From Clytia hemisphaerica (taxonomy: Eukaryota), in NCBI RefSeq assembly GCF_902728285.1, contig NW_027103286.1, positions 3,356,497 through 3,420,496 of the forward strand: a DNA stretch of 64,000 nucleotides, in the 5' to 3' direction. The position numbers were made by a program, and so were the translations under genes. This document shows positions 24,701 through 37,600 of the stretch, piece after piece. The notes below the pieces were generated by a model. That model searched no databases. It worked only from the letters and a program-made list of their open reading frames with translations, and was not told the DNA's origin. The stretch's first letter is position 1. Each line of letters begins with the position of its first letter.

Positions 24701-27012
24701 TAAAAGGGTTTAATCTAAGCTGTGGTGTATGAAGAACTTTGTTTTATAAAGTCAGAAATCGATTTATGTTCAAGTCACGGACACGAGTCTTCTGTAATCA
24801 GGTTATGCTGTGTTTTCTTCACTAAAATAGTAAGATTAACCCATCAGAGCCATATGGTTTACCAATAAATCTCTTTTTTTTCAAAAACAATTAATTTATT
24901 GGCTGAGTGATTTAATGTTGCCTACACCTAGCCTGTACAAAACTGTTTAGAAGGTTTGCCACACCGGTGCTCAAGATTGCCTGAATAAACAATTTTTAAA
25001 ATCTTGTATTAAAAAAAGCAAGGTAATATCTATAACATGGTAAAATTAATCTTTGTTTTGTGGAACTTCAGATCGTTTCAAGGGACAATCTTCCCCGTTG
25101 ACCTTCCACGATGAGCATCTTGCAGACTTGTTGAGGAAAGGCGTCATCAAACCTGAAGAGCAGAGTGAAGAAACTGCTTACTCAGCAACTTATAAAGGAC
25201 AGGGTGGTCGCGTTCTTGTGTTGTTGAATTATATCGAACATTATCGCATCATTGTGTCTACAAGAAAAGGCGATCTGAAGGTAAGTATTATTTATGATTG
25301 TTGTTTACATGTTTTTTGGTCAGGCTCGTGTATGCTTAAGTTCTCAAAGCATCCAGGCATAGCTTATGCTTATTATATGCTTATGAATCATGCTTATAAT
25401 TCACCCCGAGCCAAGTTTTAGCGAAATTTTAGAATTTTTTTAAAAATTTGCTCAGATTTGGGAGCAGTGGTAGCCGTGGAATGTCTTTTGTTCACTTGAC
25501 CTCTACCAAACCTTTTTAAACTGATAAAAAATGACACCTTCATATGCTTATAAGCGTTGTGCTTATAAAAAAACATGTTTTAGACAAAATATAGAGTACT
25601 AGACTCTTTACCTAGTCCAAGCAAGGGTTTGACACTATTTCCCGAGTTTGAGATTTGTTCTGTAGGCTATGTTTGCGAAAACTACCTACTCCTCTAACCA
25701 TTACAAGAAATATGAATAGTGCAAATGTAGCCAGTTATTTTCCAACGAATTCAAATATTTCTATCATTTCCAATTCTTAGCGATCATTTTCAGAAGCACA
25801 AAGCATTGTGTGTAGCATTGAGCAAGTGTTGACACCCAAGAACCTTTCATACGCTTTACACAAAAAGCTAGGCTACGTCAACCCTACGTCTATTGGACAT
25901 GCTTTCAATTGCCACGTGGAAGTCACCTTTCAGTGTCTCGAGGTAAATTAATCTCATTTGTAAGGAACGAGGTAATGGGCTTTTCATACATTCATGCATT
26001 CAGTCTTCTGGACAGATAAATAAGCTGGGAATGTTTATGTTCAAGCTCATGGTTTTCTTTGTATCATTTGAATTAAGGGAACTATTCACAGAATCCGAAA
26101 TGTTTGGCAGAAATTTGTAATTAGCAATATCCTTGATGAAGAAAAAGTTTAGTCCACCTGTTCATCAACTCAAAGGAGAGAAACTTTTACTACTTTGCAT
26201 ACATTTGGTGTTGAGCCTGATTTTTTGTTCTTCCTTCGTTATTGATTTGTTGTATTTCTTCGTTAACAGGATAAAGATGTATGCAAGTTCCTGAATGAGG
26301 AGGGGTTCGATGTCGTCCAAATAAGTAAGTATCTCAAATACAGAATATCTAGTTTAAGTTTTCTGCTCCAAGATTATGGCACAGGTATTAATTTTCTTTT
26401 TTGAAATAGAGAAAAACAGAATTTTATTGTACTATAGGGACCAACTTGACCTAAAACTTCCTTTTCTTCTTTCTTTCCTTCCTCTTCCTCTTTCATCGAA
26501 AGCCAATAACTGACTCGCACACATTCCCTTTCTTTCGTCTTTGAAAACACAGCATACAACAAACGATCGAAGAAGTACGTTTATCTCATCACAAACACCA
26601 AAGAATTCCAACAAGAGGTAAACAAAATTATTTACGTCATTTACTCGACATGGGGCAATGGGTTCGAGTGGAAGAGCACACTAAGAGCGTGGTAGTTCCG
26701 GGGAGGAGCCAGATTCTGAAATTCATCTGGAATTTCTTTCTACTTTGTTCTCTTTGGTTATGACCGTAAAACTAATCAAACCGTTTAGATATAAAGAATA
26801 TTTTCTGAGCATTGCAATTAAGGTTGAAGAAATGACAATGAGTTTGTTGTCTCTGTTTATCTGCAAAAATATTTTCTTATTTTACATTTTACCAGCTCAA
26901 GGCGATGAAGTCCATGGATTACATCATTCAGAAATTGAGAAAAATCGAGAACGAATTCGAGGAGGGATATCCTTACTACCATGAGCTGTTGGTTCCAGAG
27001 AACGATGCATAG
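18744..27012 (+). CDS. Ten-exon gene for a ~1690-aa protein. A 140-aa N-terminus is followed by a ~1166-aa low-complexity region (Q/P/T-rich repeats, then acidic) encoded by one 3.5-kb exon. The C-terminal ~380 aa form a phosphagen (arginine/creatine) kinase-like domain with a degenerate active site.
   Basis: Exons: 18744-19199 (ATG 18776), 19717-23214, 23398-23604, 24056-24236, 24538-24695, 25072-25280, 25781-25942, 26270-26324, 26553-26617, 26896-27012 (stop TAG 27010). All junctions are GT-AG and phase-consistent; CDS from ATG is 5076 nt = 1692 codons. Homology to arginine/creatine kinase: QEKHPDTIMNF ~ DKHPNKDFGDV; VQSFHITIRRCLANHNFPQLCTDAKSERV ~ [59 protein letters not shown] ~ [40 protein letters not shown] ~ HLGYVLTCPSNLGT; YLITNTKEFQQELKAMKSMDYIIQKLRKIENE ~ [33 protein letters not shown]. 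Confidence 0.75.
19800..20280 (+). repeat. Coding minisatellite: ~12 imperfect 39-bp repeats encoding (A/T)KQPTQ(S/P)T(T/A)QQP(T/A) units within the giant exon.
   Basis: Repeated caaacaacctactcaa(t/c)c(a/g)accacccaacaacctacccaa...; the same region gives spurious ORFs in other frames and on the opposite strand (20002..20283, 19713..19928, 20037..20231). Confidence 0.8.
23690..23935. repeat. Copy of the 'taagaat/aagaacat' short interspersed repeat family, inside an intron of the kinase-like gene.
   Basis: Motifs ctaagaatattcttaa and aagaatac.. similar to 31205-31450, 47520-47720, 51790-52040 and 55215-55500. Confidence 0.4.
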
Positions 27013-27539
27013 TTTTTGATGAAATATTTTGTTTATGAAAAAATGTTTTTGGAAGTAACTTGAAAATAAGGAAAACAGTTTTCGACAATTTCTTCCCCAA
27101 AGGTTAAGTAGACCTATAGTTATACACTAACCTCTAAAAAACCAGTGCAGGTAGTGTAGGAGCACGGATCCATTAGTGGATGCCAGCAGCCTTTGACTCT
27201 ACTTGCCATTAATGCCCATTAATATCAGATTGAATTTTCGTATGATGTATAATGTTGCAGTACAGGTTTTTTCATAAGAATGGTGTTTCTTATTTCATCA
27301 ATCACATATATTCTTAACTTCCTCTAATTTTTCTTGTACTCCGTCAAAGATGAAATTGTGTTATTATCAAAAGTCAAAATAATACCATTTACATTAATCC
27401 CAAGAGCGATAACGAAAAAGAAACTATTTTGTTTTGCATCCTCGTTTGCATCAAAACAATTTAATTGATATATGAATTTCTCAATTTTGATTTTAATTAG
27501 AAGACTGGAAGCGTCAAAACGAGCCGCAACATGTATCAT

Positions 27540-27660
27540 AAAGATCTGACTAGCCTAGTTAACTAAGCCCGTATTCACACGGCTAATGGCAATATAGCGT
27601 TTTCGGTGCTTTAAAAGGTTTTTTATATTTACGGATTTTAAGTTTGCCTTGGAGTCAGTC
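27540..27660. repeat. Dispersed repeat; an inverted copy occurs at ~52130-52260.
   Basis: tgactagcctagttaactaagcccgtattcacacggctaatggcaatatagcgtttttcggtgctttaaa...tttacggattttaagtttgccttgg is the reverse complement of ccaaggcaaacttaaaatccgtaaata...ccgaaaaacgctatattgccataagccgtgtg.cctagc...gggcttagttaactaggcta at 52130-52260. Confidence 0.7.
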
Positions 27661-28002
27661 CATGGCGTTCTAAATTCAAGGCCTAGCAAGCGTGCTTTGA
27701 CGTCAAAATCCTGTGGACCTAATTAATGATGTCATTGCAGTGTTGACGTCAAAAGAAAGAAAAAACTCAAGGTTTTATGTAGCCAGTACCCTCCCACAAA
27801 CCAAATTTTTTCTTTGTTTTATGGTCAGTTACTCTTTGAAGCGTTTGTCGAAAGTTATCGCTGTGCGGTGGAGGGGGACGTCGATTCCGTGCGCATTGGA
27901 GCTCAAAATGGTAGACCCTAGTAGTGCGGAGTTTAGGAGACAAAAAAAAAACAAAGGAATAATTATCGCAAATAACAATATTAAAACAAGGATGACTTTA
28001 CT

Positions 28003-30080
28003 ATGCCTGATAACATCGATCCTCTGAATCTCTTCAGAAAATCAAGTCTTAATATAGCTCATTTAAACGTGAATGGCCTTAGGTCGAAGCTTTATTTCTT
28101 AAAACTTCTCCTTCACCAAGAAAAATTTGATATTCGATGTCTGAATGAGACTAAAATTGACTCGACAATCACTGATAGTGAAGTCTCTATACCTGGGTAT
28201 TTACCCTGTAGGCTAGACCGCGAACATTCTTTCACGATGATTGATCCCAATTTTTCAAATAGCCCTCACGCTAAAGATTGTTCAATTGCTAATATTGGAA
28301 TAAGTGACCATTCAATTGTTTTTCAAAGAAGAGAGAAACCAATATCAATAGACCAAGGACCATAACCGCCAGGTCCTTTAAAAACTTCAACCAAGAGGCT
28401 TTTCTCGAAGACCTAGGGAATCTCGACTGGTCTGACATGCTCAACTCTACTAATGTAGACGAGGTGGCTGATATCTTTAACACCAATGTGCTAGATGTAC
28501 TTGACCGTTATGCTCCTATGGTTTAGAGAAGGATAAGTCATGATAGCCCTCCATGGGTCAACGAGGTACTACTTAATGTTGAAATTCTTAGCCGATCTCA
28601 ATCAGGTTTCCGAAACAAGTATTCAACTGATACAGCAGTTATTTGTGTGTCAGACTTTATATTAGAAGAGCTTGGGAAAGGGAAGTATGTTGGGACTGTA
28701 TTAGTAGATCTCAAGAAGGTCTTTGACACAGTAGATCATAAAATTCTTTTAAAGAAATTATTCTGCTATGGATTTAGGGACTCCTCATTCTCCTGGTTTG
28801 AATCTTATCTGTCAGACCGTCTTCAATGTACACTCCTAGGAGATACTTGCTCGGACATGATGAACGAATGCGCATACGGGGTTCCACAAGGATCGGTCCT
28901 CGGACCATTGTTATTTCTCCTTTATATAAACGATATTGGTCAAAGTATTCGACCTTCTGTGTTCCACTATCTTTACGCAGACGATACCATCATTGCTGTC
29001 AGTTCTGACTGCCCCGTGAGGCTTAGAAAAGATCTATCTGGCCAACTTTCTGAAGTCGGACATTGGTTCAGCCAAAATAAACTCACGGTAAACACGGGCA
29101 AAACCGAAGTCATATATTTTGGAAGAGCAAACAAACTGAAGGAATGCAAGAGGTTGGTCCCTATCCAATTTCAAGGCGACACTCTTGAATGCAAGGAGAA
29201 AATGAAATATCTCGGTGTCATCTTTGATGAAAACCTAAAATGGGATGCCCAGGCAATAGTGCTCGCCAGAAAGCCTATCTCAAACTAAACAAAAGGCATC
29301 TCTAGCTTTCTTGAAGATCACATGAAAAAAATGCTTTTAAATGCTCTTGTTATGCCACACATTACATATTGTTCCAATTCTTGGAGCACTATGTCAAAGG
29401 CAAACCACAACAAGTTTGATTCAGTCCTGAGCAACATCTCTAAAACCATGCCCATCAATAAGACACAAGTATGCAAGGACGTGAAGGTCGAACCGACATC
29501 GACCACCTTGTCAGGGGAGACTTTTGAAACTAAAACGACCAACATCCAAGACCATGCTCGTCTCGACATTGCTGCTAGGGGATTTTGGATTCCTGGCCAG
29601 AAGGCATTCTTCGACGTAAGGGTTTCAACCCAATCGCCAAAAAGTTCAGGAATTCCACTATCTCCAAAGCATGCAATGCAAACGAAAGGGATAAAAAGAA
29701 CATTTATAATTCAAGAATCATGAAAGTTGAGCAACGTCTCTAAAACCGTGCCCATCAACAAGACATTTGATCAGATTGTCGAATACAATAAAACACTGAT
29801 GATGTTCAAAGGGATGCGCAACATTGCGCCAAAATATTTGTGTGATCGGGTAAAGCCTGCTAGCGAGCGACATGAACGCCGCACTCGCTTTGCAAGAGAG
29901 AATAAAGTCTTTGTCCCTCTTTCCAAAAACACTTTTGCTAGTCGAACGTTCATTACCTCAACCACACATCTGTGGAACAATCAACCTTTAGAAATAAAAC
30001 AATGTGAATCCCTTTTATCGTTTAACACTATTTTTATTAGGGGGGTGTTTTCCACAAGCCTAGCACTCTTTTGCTAATAA
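28003..30080 (+). mobile_element. Decayed CR1/L2-like LINE (EN fragment 28003-28365, RT fragment 28647-29288, C-terminal region 29322-30077), with internal deletions and a short internal duplication.
   Basis: EN: LNIAHLNVNGLRSKL...IRCLNETK. RT: GTVLVDLKKVFDTVDH, AYGVPQGSVLGPLLFLLYIND, YLYADDTII. C-terminus: LNALVMPHITYCSNSWS. A duplicated block LSNISKTMPINKTQ (29440) / LSNVSKTVPINKTF (29730). Confidence 0.8.
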
Positions 30081-30844
30081 AATCTTTAACACTCTGAATG
30101 TTTTTTACCTTTAATACAGTATAATCTTATTAGCAGCATGTATACCAAATTTTACAATTATACACCGACCAGATCAGGTTTTATGGCTTTTTTTGTGCAG
30201 GCATATCATTAAACCCAGCTAAAACCCTGTAAAATTCCAAAATCTTAAATTTAGCATAACTTTTGATCTAGGCATCCAACTAGTCTACTCTCTCAACCGT
30301 AGAGAATGTTTAAATCATGTCCTCAGAATACTAAAAAGTGACCTTTGAAGTAACCAGTCATTTTCTTGACAAAGTGACACTATTTGACAAAAATATTGAC
30401 AGGGTCATTAAGTATGATGTCTATAAGTTTTGTTACACTTAATATTTTGATTATACTGAATGAGATGCCTTTAGTATGAATAGATAGAACTTGTGAGTAA
30501 GAAAAAATTAGGAAGGCCAGTTTTAGAGATATGAATCTAATCAATTATTCTATTGTCTTTATGCTGACAAAATGACTAATTTCGACAGAAATAACAATTT
30601 CTGATGATGAAATACAAAGCTTCTCAAACCTGTTTCAAAAAAGTTTGTGCCACTTATTATTTTGATGCTGATTATTATACAAAAGGATAGAAATTGACAC
30701 CATAATCAAGCTCCAAGAGCGTCGAAATGATTGTTTTACGTATTTGACACGTGGCTTTAAAGTAAATGAGACAGGGGTGAGCCTACTCTTCAATATGATA
30801 TACATTAAAATGGTTAGGAGAGACACTCTACGTTGGAGAAAGGG

Positions 30845-30910
30845 GAAAAACTCGATAACCCAAATTTATCTGGTCGCTGGTCGTGGTCGCCGGTCGTGGT
30901 CGCCGGTCGT
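30845..30910. repeat. Microsatellite-like tandem repeat (ggtcgccggtcgt, x4-5).
   Basis: ctggtcgctggtcgtggtcgccggtcgtggtcgccggtcgtggtcgacg. Confidence 0.8.
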
Positions 30911-31204
30911 GGTCGACGTTTAGAAACTTATTGCTTATCCCCTTATTGCTTACGCACATTTTGGATTGTGAGAAAAGTGACGACATCTGAGACCGCTTGT
31001 TGATTTGATTCAGCGAAAATGTGTCCCTGTGAAATTTGCACGGAACAGCGGAACACTTTTTTTTCATAAATCTACATCGTAATTATACTACAAAGTTTCG
31101 CAGATAATTGATCTAATTAAAAACTTGTTTTCTAATCTTCTAATGAAAAAACATTGAAAGCGATTATAATCTTTTCTTTCCGAATGCCTCAACGATTACA
31201 CGTT

Positions 31205-31450
31205 TTTATCCATAAGAACATCCAAAATTTTTGAAGCCTTCGGATGTTCTTAACTTTTTGAGTTTATAGCCTAAGAATATTCTTAACATGTTCTTGTTTT
31301 CACCGATTTTTGAGTATTTTTGTCCATTTGCCTAAGAAATCAGGTGTTTTAGAGTCCGCGAAGCCTTAAAATATTCTTAACCTGTTCTTAGTATTTTGGC
31401 CATCGAAGCCTTATGTTCTTGTATAGTTTGTTCTTATGGAAAAACGTGTA
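31205..31450. repeat. 'aagaacat' short interspersed repeat (MITE/SINE-like); other copies at 47520-47720, 51790-52040 and 55215-55500.
   Basis: Shared blocks ...gccttcggatgttcttaac...aaaatattcttaacctgttcttag.attttggccatcgaagc.ttatgttctt...aaaacgtgta... Confidence 0.65.
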
Positions 31451-31653
31451 CCGCGCACGTCTCAAAAACGTAATAAACAACCAACAAAAGAGGAACACTT
31501 TTACTTTCCACAGAGAGGAACATAGTTTAGGTATAAACTTACTTCTTTCTTTATGATTTTTGTTGTAAGAGGAACAAGGAAAGTATTTGAAAGTTACATA
31601 AATAAAAGTTGTGAAGGTCTTTTCTTATCATTTTAAACTCAACAAGACACAAG

Positions 31654-34600
31654 ATGCAGAGAATATTTTTGTTAGTGCTGGTCGTTGGATTGGCAGCTTG
31701 CCATCGAAGGCATAAAGGTAAGGAATTTTGAATGATTAGTATTTTTGAGCACTGTACTATGCAATTTGTTTTTAAGGAAACACCCACTTTGAAAGAAACA
31801 TAATCGGGTGCAAGAATTAGACAAAAGTAAGGGTAAGACATCACTTCCTGGACTAAATATTCACATTCCATAGACTTTGTCGGGACATTTCCGCTGTTTT
31901 TTTTAAGATAACCGGCCGAAAATTGTAAAGGGTTTTTTCCAGATTTTCTTTATCAGATTGGATGATGCTCGCCGGATATTTAGTCTTTTTTTCGCTGAAG
32001 AATAGCAGTGGAATTTTAGTCCGGAAAGTGAATGACAAGTGAATAACAATTTCGTTTTATAAAAAAATTATTTTCCTTCATTAGGGGGCAAAGAGAGATG
32101 GAGAGAGACAAATGAACGCTTATCATTCCAACTTCCAAACGGTAATGACTTAAATTTCATGAAATATTTTGATCAAAATTTAAAAACGAAGTACTGGAAA
32201 ATAAATTTTCCATCTGTTAGGTCGATTTCTAGCGTTTTCGAGCACTTTCTGAAAGTAACTTTTTCATTTAATCGAGTATAACTTTTGATCTAATGAATCG
32301 GAATTTTAAGATTTCGAGAAAATTAGTCTCAAAGAGAGGCGTACCCCCCGGGGGGGGGGGGGCACTCGATCTGAAATCGACCATACGTTCGGCCCAAAAT
32401 TTGGCTTCTAAAATCGGACCCTTACAGTGCAGTGAATTTCCATGAAAAAATCATACCCTTTCAGTGCACTTTTTAAAAATTTCTCGCCCGTAAGGGCGAA
32501 AATTTTTGCAATTTTCCAAGAAAATGTGGAAATTCTCCTCCAAAATTGACCAATTTTGTGATAATTTTACCAAAAAATTGGCCTTTTACCAAAATTTCCT
32601 ACCCTTACAGTGCAGTTCAGTGCAGTCTTGTAATTTCATACCCTTACAGTGCACTAGCTGAACTATGAAAAACCTACCCTTAAGGGCCGAACGTCTGGTA
32701 GGTCATTTACCTTGAGTGCCCCCCCCCCCGGGCGTACCCGCTACTTTTTCCTAAAGTCAAAGTTTCATCGATTACAGGATATTTGTTGAATCTCGTAAAT
32801 CAAGACAAATTACTATATAGATAAAATTAATCTTCCCTTACAGAATGTAAAATAGCTATCCATACCAGCGATGAAACATGTCAAAAGGATAGACTGACCG
32901 ATATTGCGAGGGCTCGATATTGGTACATACTTTCAAATGAAAACACCAACATTGATTTCCCTTTGGCTCATGAAATCCCATGGTTGGCCCATAACTTAAC
33001 GGCGGTTAATTACTATTACGCATTGGATCCATTCGAATCGCGATACATGGTACTTCTCAGCACCTGGATTTCCGCTATTATCACCACAATTACGCCAGCC
33101 ATAACCAAGGCTTTCGCAGGTGTCTCTTTCGAGTCCAACCAAGAGTATGTTGCGTGTTATGGTGCTTTCCAGAAGGCCATACAGGTACCAGGCCTAAAAC
33201 TTCTTACAAACGTAGTACATGAAGCAAAGGACTAAGGTCGTTTAGAATTCATGTAATACAGAAATATGGATGTTATATGATAATACAATACTTGTTAAGG
33301 GATATAATATTAGTTTGTATACAATTGACTATAATTTGTATACCATCATTTTTTTGCTTATTTTCTAAAATGTCTGAATTAGTCGTAGCATAGAGGTCAA
33401 TAGACCTGCGAAATATATTGCTATAAAATAAAATGCTAGACTAAGGATAATCAGGACTGGATAATATGAAGTTATGTATGATTTATAATGACAGTTTATT
33501 ATGAAGCTTAACCCTATTAGCCCCAAGCTTTTTTGACTTTTGTATCCCCAGGGGGGGGGGTAGAATCTACCACCGTCGATTATTTTCGATCTAGAAGAGC
33601 TATGGCCATGAAATTTGGTACAGATGTTCTCCATCATGATACAATTTTCCAGGAAGAAAAAAAAATTTGATTAAGTCATTCAAAAACTGATGACGTCATC
33701 ACAAAATTTCAACCTGTCGGAAAAAAGCCCAAATATATGGTTTACAAAAATGTATATTACAGTCGAACCAATAAAGATATTTCAATTATGTTTGAAGATT
33801 CTGAAAGATAAAAGACTGTTCTTTAACATAATTGCCGGTTTCGCAAATTCCATGAAGAGTTTTTCTTAAAATCTATGCTGAAGATGAGTAAAATTTTCAA
33901 AATTTGATGACGTCATAAATGATGACGTCAGCATTTTCAAAAATTTTCTTTTAATTTTTTAAATTTGTATTATCAATGCCTATCACGTGTCAAAATTTGA
34001 AAATGATTGAATAAATAGTTTAGAAGTTATCAGCACTTTAAAATTTTGAGTTTTAAGCGATTTAAGCTGGGTTTTATGTCATGTTTCACAATAAAGTCAT
34101 AAAACCTGATCTGGACAACCTATGACCCTAAAATTATGCACAAGTACTCGTAATAAGATTTTATTAAAAGTCAGAAAGTTTCAAATCGTTTGAAAAATTT
34201 TTCTCCGAGATATAAACAAAAGAACTCCAGCGTGGTAGATTCTACCCCCCCCTGGGGCTAATAGGGTTAAGAAGACTCCACTTTGGAATTTGTTTATGGA
34301 ATCCCATTCTCAGTAAAAAAAGATTCCTTTCACAGTATAAGACCACGTTCACACGCTACGTTCCGTTTCGTTCCAAAACGAAACGATTCCGAAACACTGT
34401 GTGAACGTCAAAATTGGAAACGTCAAAAAAGCAGACGTTACAAAGCAAAACAGATCGAAACGGTTTCGCTCCGCTATTTTCATTGGAACGGAACTGCTCC
34501 GTTTTCTTGCTCCGAAACGTTCCGAAATGAGTATGAGCACTTCCTATCCGTAACAATTACCCAACAAATACCACACCGGAGCGATACGAAAGCGTAACGT

Positions 34601-37600
34601 CTGAACATGGTCTTAGATTTAATAAAAACTTCTGTATTTTCAGGCGCTTCAAGCCCCGCAATACTTTGGCAATCCTGCAGAGTATCCCGACTTTACGGAT
34701 CACATCACCAATGGTTATTACCTGGAAGACGATGCGTTTGTTCAACGAAGACTTGCGGGACAATGTCCTTTCCTCATTCAAAAAGTCATCACTGAGGGTA
34801 AAAAACATCGCACATACGTTTGACTCTTGCTAATTCGAACTATAGAAATAATTTTTAACTGTTTTCCTCTTAATCGGATTATAGAAAGATTCGAATAATA
34901 TAAGATCGAATTAAAGAGAGCCGGCACTGCAGTGAAAGATATCCGAAAGGGTCCCAAAAAAGGAAACATCTGACGAAAATTGAACACAAAATTTCATCTT
35001 TTCACATCACCATTTCTTTTGTTCTCTCTGATTTTCATTTTTCAAATTTCCTGATTCATTATCCTCATTTATTGACAGGTGAGAGAGGGTTCAAGCTGGA
35101 CGATTTGATGCCTATGTTGAACCAAGACTTTTTTGAGACGTTCGAGATGAAATATTCCGATGAAATGGTCACCATGGAAGAGGTATTTAATAGACTAGTT
35201 TATAATCCTCGTAAGACAGTGAATATGGGTAGTGTATGATAATAGGATGGTTGTTAAGGGGTAACATTAGTTTTTATAAAGTACTATTATAGACTAAAAT
35301 AGACCTTATCGGAGTTTTCTATTTTTCTAAAAAAGCGAGGAATTCCTAAGAGATTTCTATTGTAATACACTTGAAACAATCCCACAATGCATCGCTTTTT
35401 CAGAAAAATCAAAAACTCCGATAAGGTCTATTTGTCCCTTCTACTATCTTTTGGTGATTTTCTACAGTGTCCGAATTAGTTTTCTCCAGTCGTTTGGTAC
35501 CTTCAATCATACATCAGAGTCTTCATGTAGCTCAAATTTCTTTAAAGTTTAAATACATTTTCCGAGCCTTCAGTTAAAGTGAAGTACTCTCTGAACTAGT
35601 CTGATTCGCAGACCTAAACAAACCACAGATGTGAATACCAGCAGCCTTTATCTGTTCTACATAACAGTTTTGCGTACCCTGCATGTGTTTGGGTTCTATT
35701 AGACTGGCGCGCCAGTCGGGCTGGAACGGTATCACACGGGAGAAGTGAGCGCAGGAGTTAGGTAAGTGTAGGAAGAAATTTTGTCGGCGGCAAGGGCTGA
35801 AAGCTGTTAATCAGCAGCCTCTCAGCAACTTTTACTTGTTCTCCTACGCAGCTCCTATTTCAGCAAACGCCGCCGCCTTTATGTTCCCACTCTCTGACAT
35901 GATTAATCAACAGACTAGTTTGCTAGTCTAGGGTTCTAGAAAAGGAGCTATATGGTTCACTAAAGTTCATATCTTAAAGGATCTTCCTTTCTGTTTCAGG
36001 CCATCAATCATCACCGTCTGTTCGTCCTCAATTTACCGAACATGAAGGACATCCAGAATGCACCGGACGCTCACGGTGATCTGTACACCGACCGTAAACT
36101 CTCTCCTCTCACTTCACCGATCTCATTCTTTCTGTTGGGAGATGATGGTTTGTTGAAACTGGTGGCCATCCAAAGATATCCCAAATCATGTAAGTAGACC
36201 TTTTCTTTTAGCTGAGCGAGACCAATCTTTTCTTTTCACCCTCTAAATTAACAGCTATTCACTTCCTTTTTAACGTTGTCGTTAAGCATCAACGTCTTTG
36301 AAGAAAATTGAAAATATCAGTACTTCAAATTCCTTATCGTTCCAGCTTCTGAAGTGTACACACCATCAAGTGAAAAGAACATCTGGTCGTTGGTCAAAGG
36401 AGAAGCTGAGCTCGCATCTGACATGTACTGTCAATCAAAAATTCACTTAGGAGGCGTTCATTTCGTGTCCACCATCTATTGTTTGTCCTTTAGACGACAT
36501 TTAAGCACCAAACACCCTCTCTACGATTTCTTTAAATACCATTGCGAAGGGACTGTCCCTCATATCACCACAGTCTTCGGGACTTTGACCACCCCCAATA
36601 GTTTGGGTAGCAAGCTTTACGGAATGGGAAGTGAAGGACTCGTCAAATTAGCCAAACAGAGTTATGATGAGAGAAATTATGAACACTCCACCTTCGACTT
36701 CTTCATTAGGGTATGTATTTTTTTCTACTTACTTTGGAGTCTATATGACACACAGGAACACTACTTTGTTCGAGTCACGGAAACTTTTAGATAGGGAACA
36801 AAGTTTAATAGGCATTGATTGTTAACTGAAGGGACAAGAAAACTTGTTCGAGTGAAGGAGACATTCGAGTTGTACAGGTGAGAGTTAAAAAGACTCGATT
36901 CTGTATACGTAAACTTTATTTTTAGGAAAGTCTCGAGGTGTAGTTTTTACCTTTATAGCGGTAATCGAAAAGAGGGGTAAATCACCGCACTCCATAGCAT
37001 AGTGAGCTCATTGTGGATATATAGATATGGTTAACCCTAGAATATGCTATCGTCTAAGACAAATCACCATCTAAGAAATAAGCCCAAAGCTGAAGAAAAT
37101 TCGCAAACAGGCTTTTTTGCTGAAAAGAGTTTACAACTGGTAGAGTTTGTCAGTCTTCGAAACTCTCCCGCCGATTTTTTTCTGTATACCGCCATAACGC
37201 CAAACCGCCCTATTTTCCCGCTTTTACTATCACTGTAGACGATAACATCGTCTAGGTTAACCCTCGCCAACCTTCTTTTTGTTTTACCAGGGTCAAGGTT
37301 TAGACGATACTCGAATCAAGTATTACCCTTTCCGTGAAGACGCCATTACATTGATGGGAGAGTTCAACATCTTCATTGAAAATCTTCTGAGGCGTTATTA
37401 TGGATCAAATTCTCATCGCGTCCGCGCGGACAAAGAATTGCAATCATGGGTGAACGAATTGTCCATTGATGGGAAAATTCAACCTGATGGCGGAAAAGGA
37501 AAGGTGAGAGAGTGAAGTCATTTGAAATTTATCCCTAGTTTTTGACGTCTAAGAATTAATTAGTCACAGAAGTGAACAATGAATCTGTCAATTGTTTTTA

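Noticed and set aside
32097-32154. Candidate extra LOX exons (LOX-A 32097-32154, acceptor ccttcattag / donor gtaatg; LOX-B ~46205-46310)
   Set aside because: The LOX-A candidate ends in phase 0, which is incompatible with the phase-2 start of exon 32844. The direct exon-1 to exon-2 join is phase-correct in both paralogues, and the candidate sequences are not conserved between A and B.
32963-33235. ORF-track start codons at 32963, 45924, 43610 and 60872 reported as 'M'
   Set aside because: The underlying codons are TTG/GTG (alternative starts allowed by the ORF finder) and lie inside exons of the LOX and THOC1 genes. Real starts were assigned from ATG codons and splice structure (31654, 46545, 62297).
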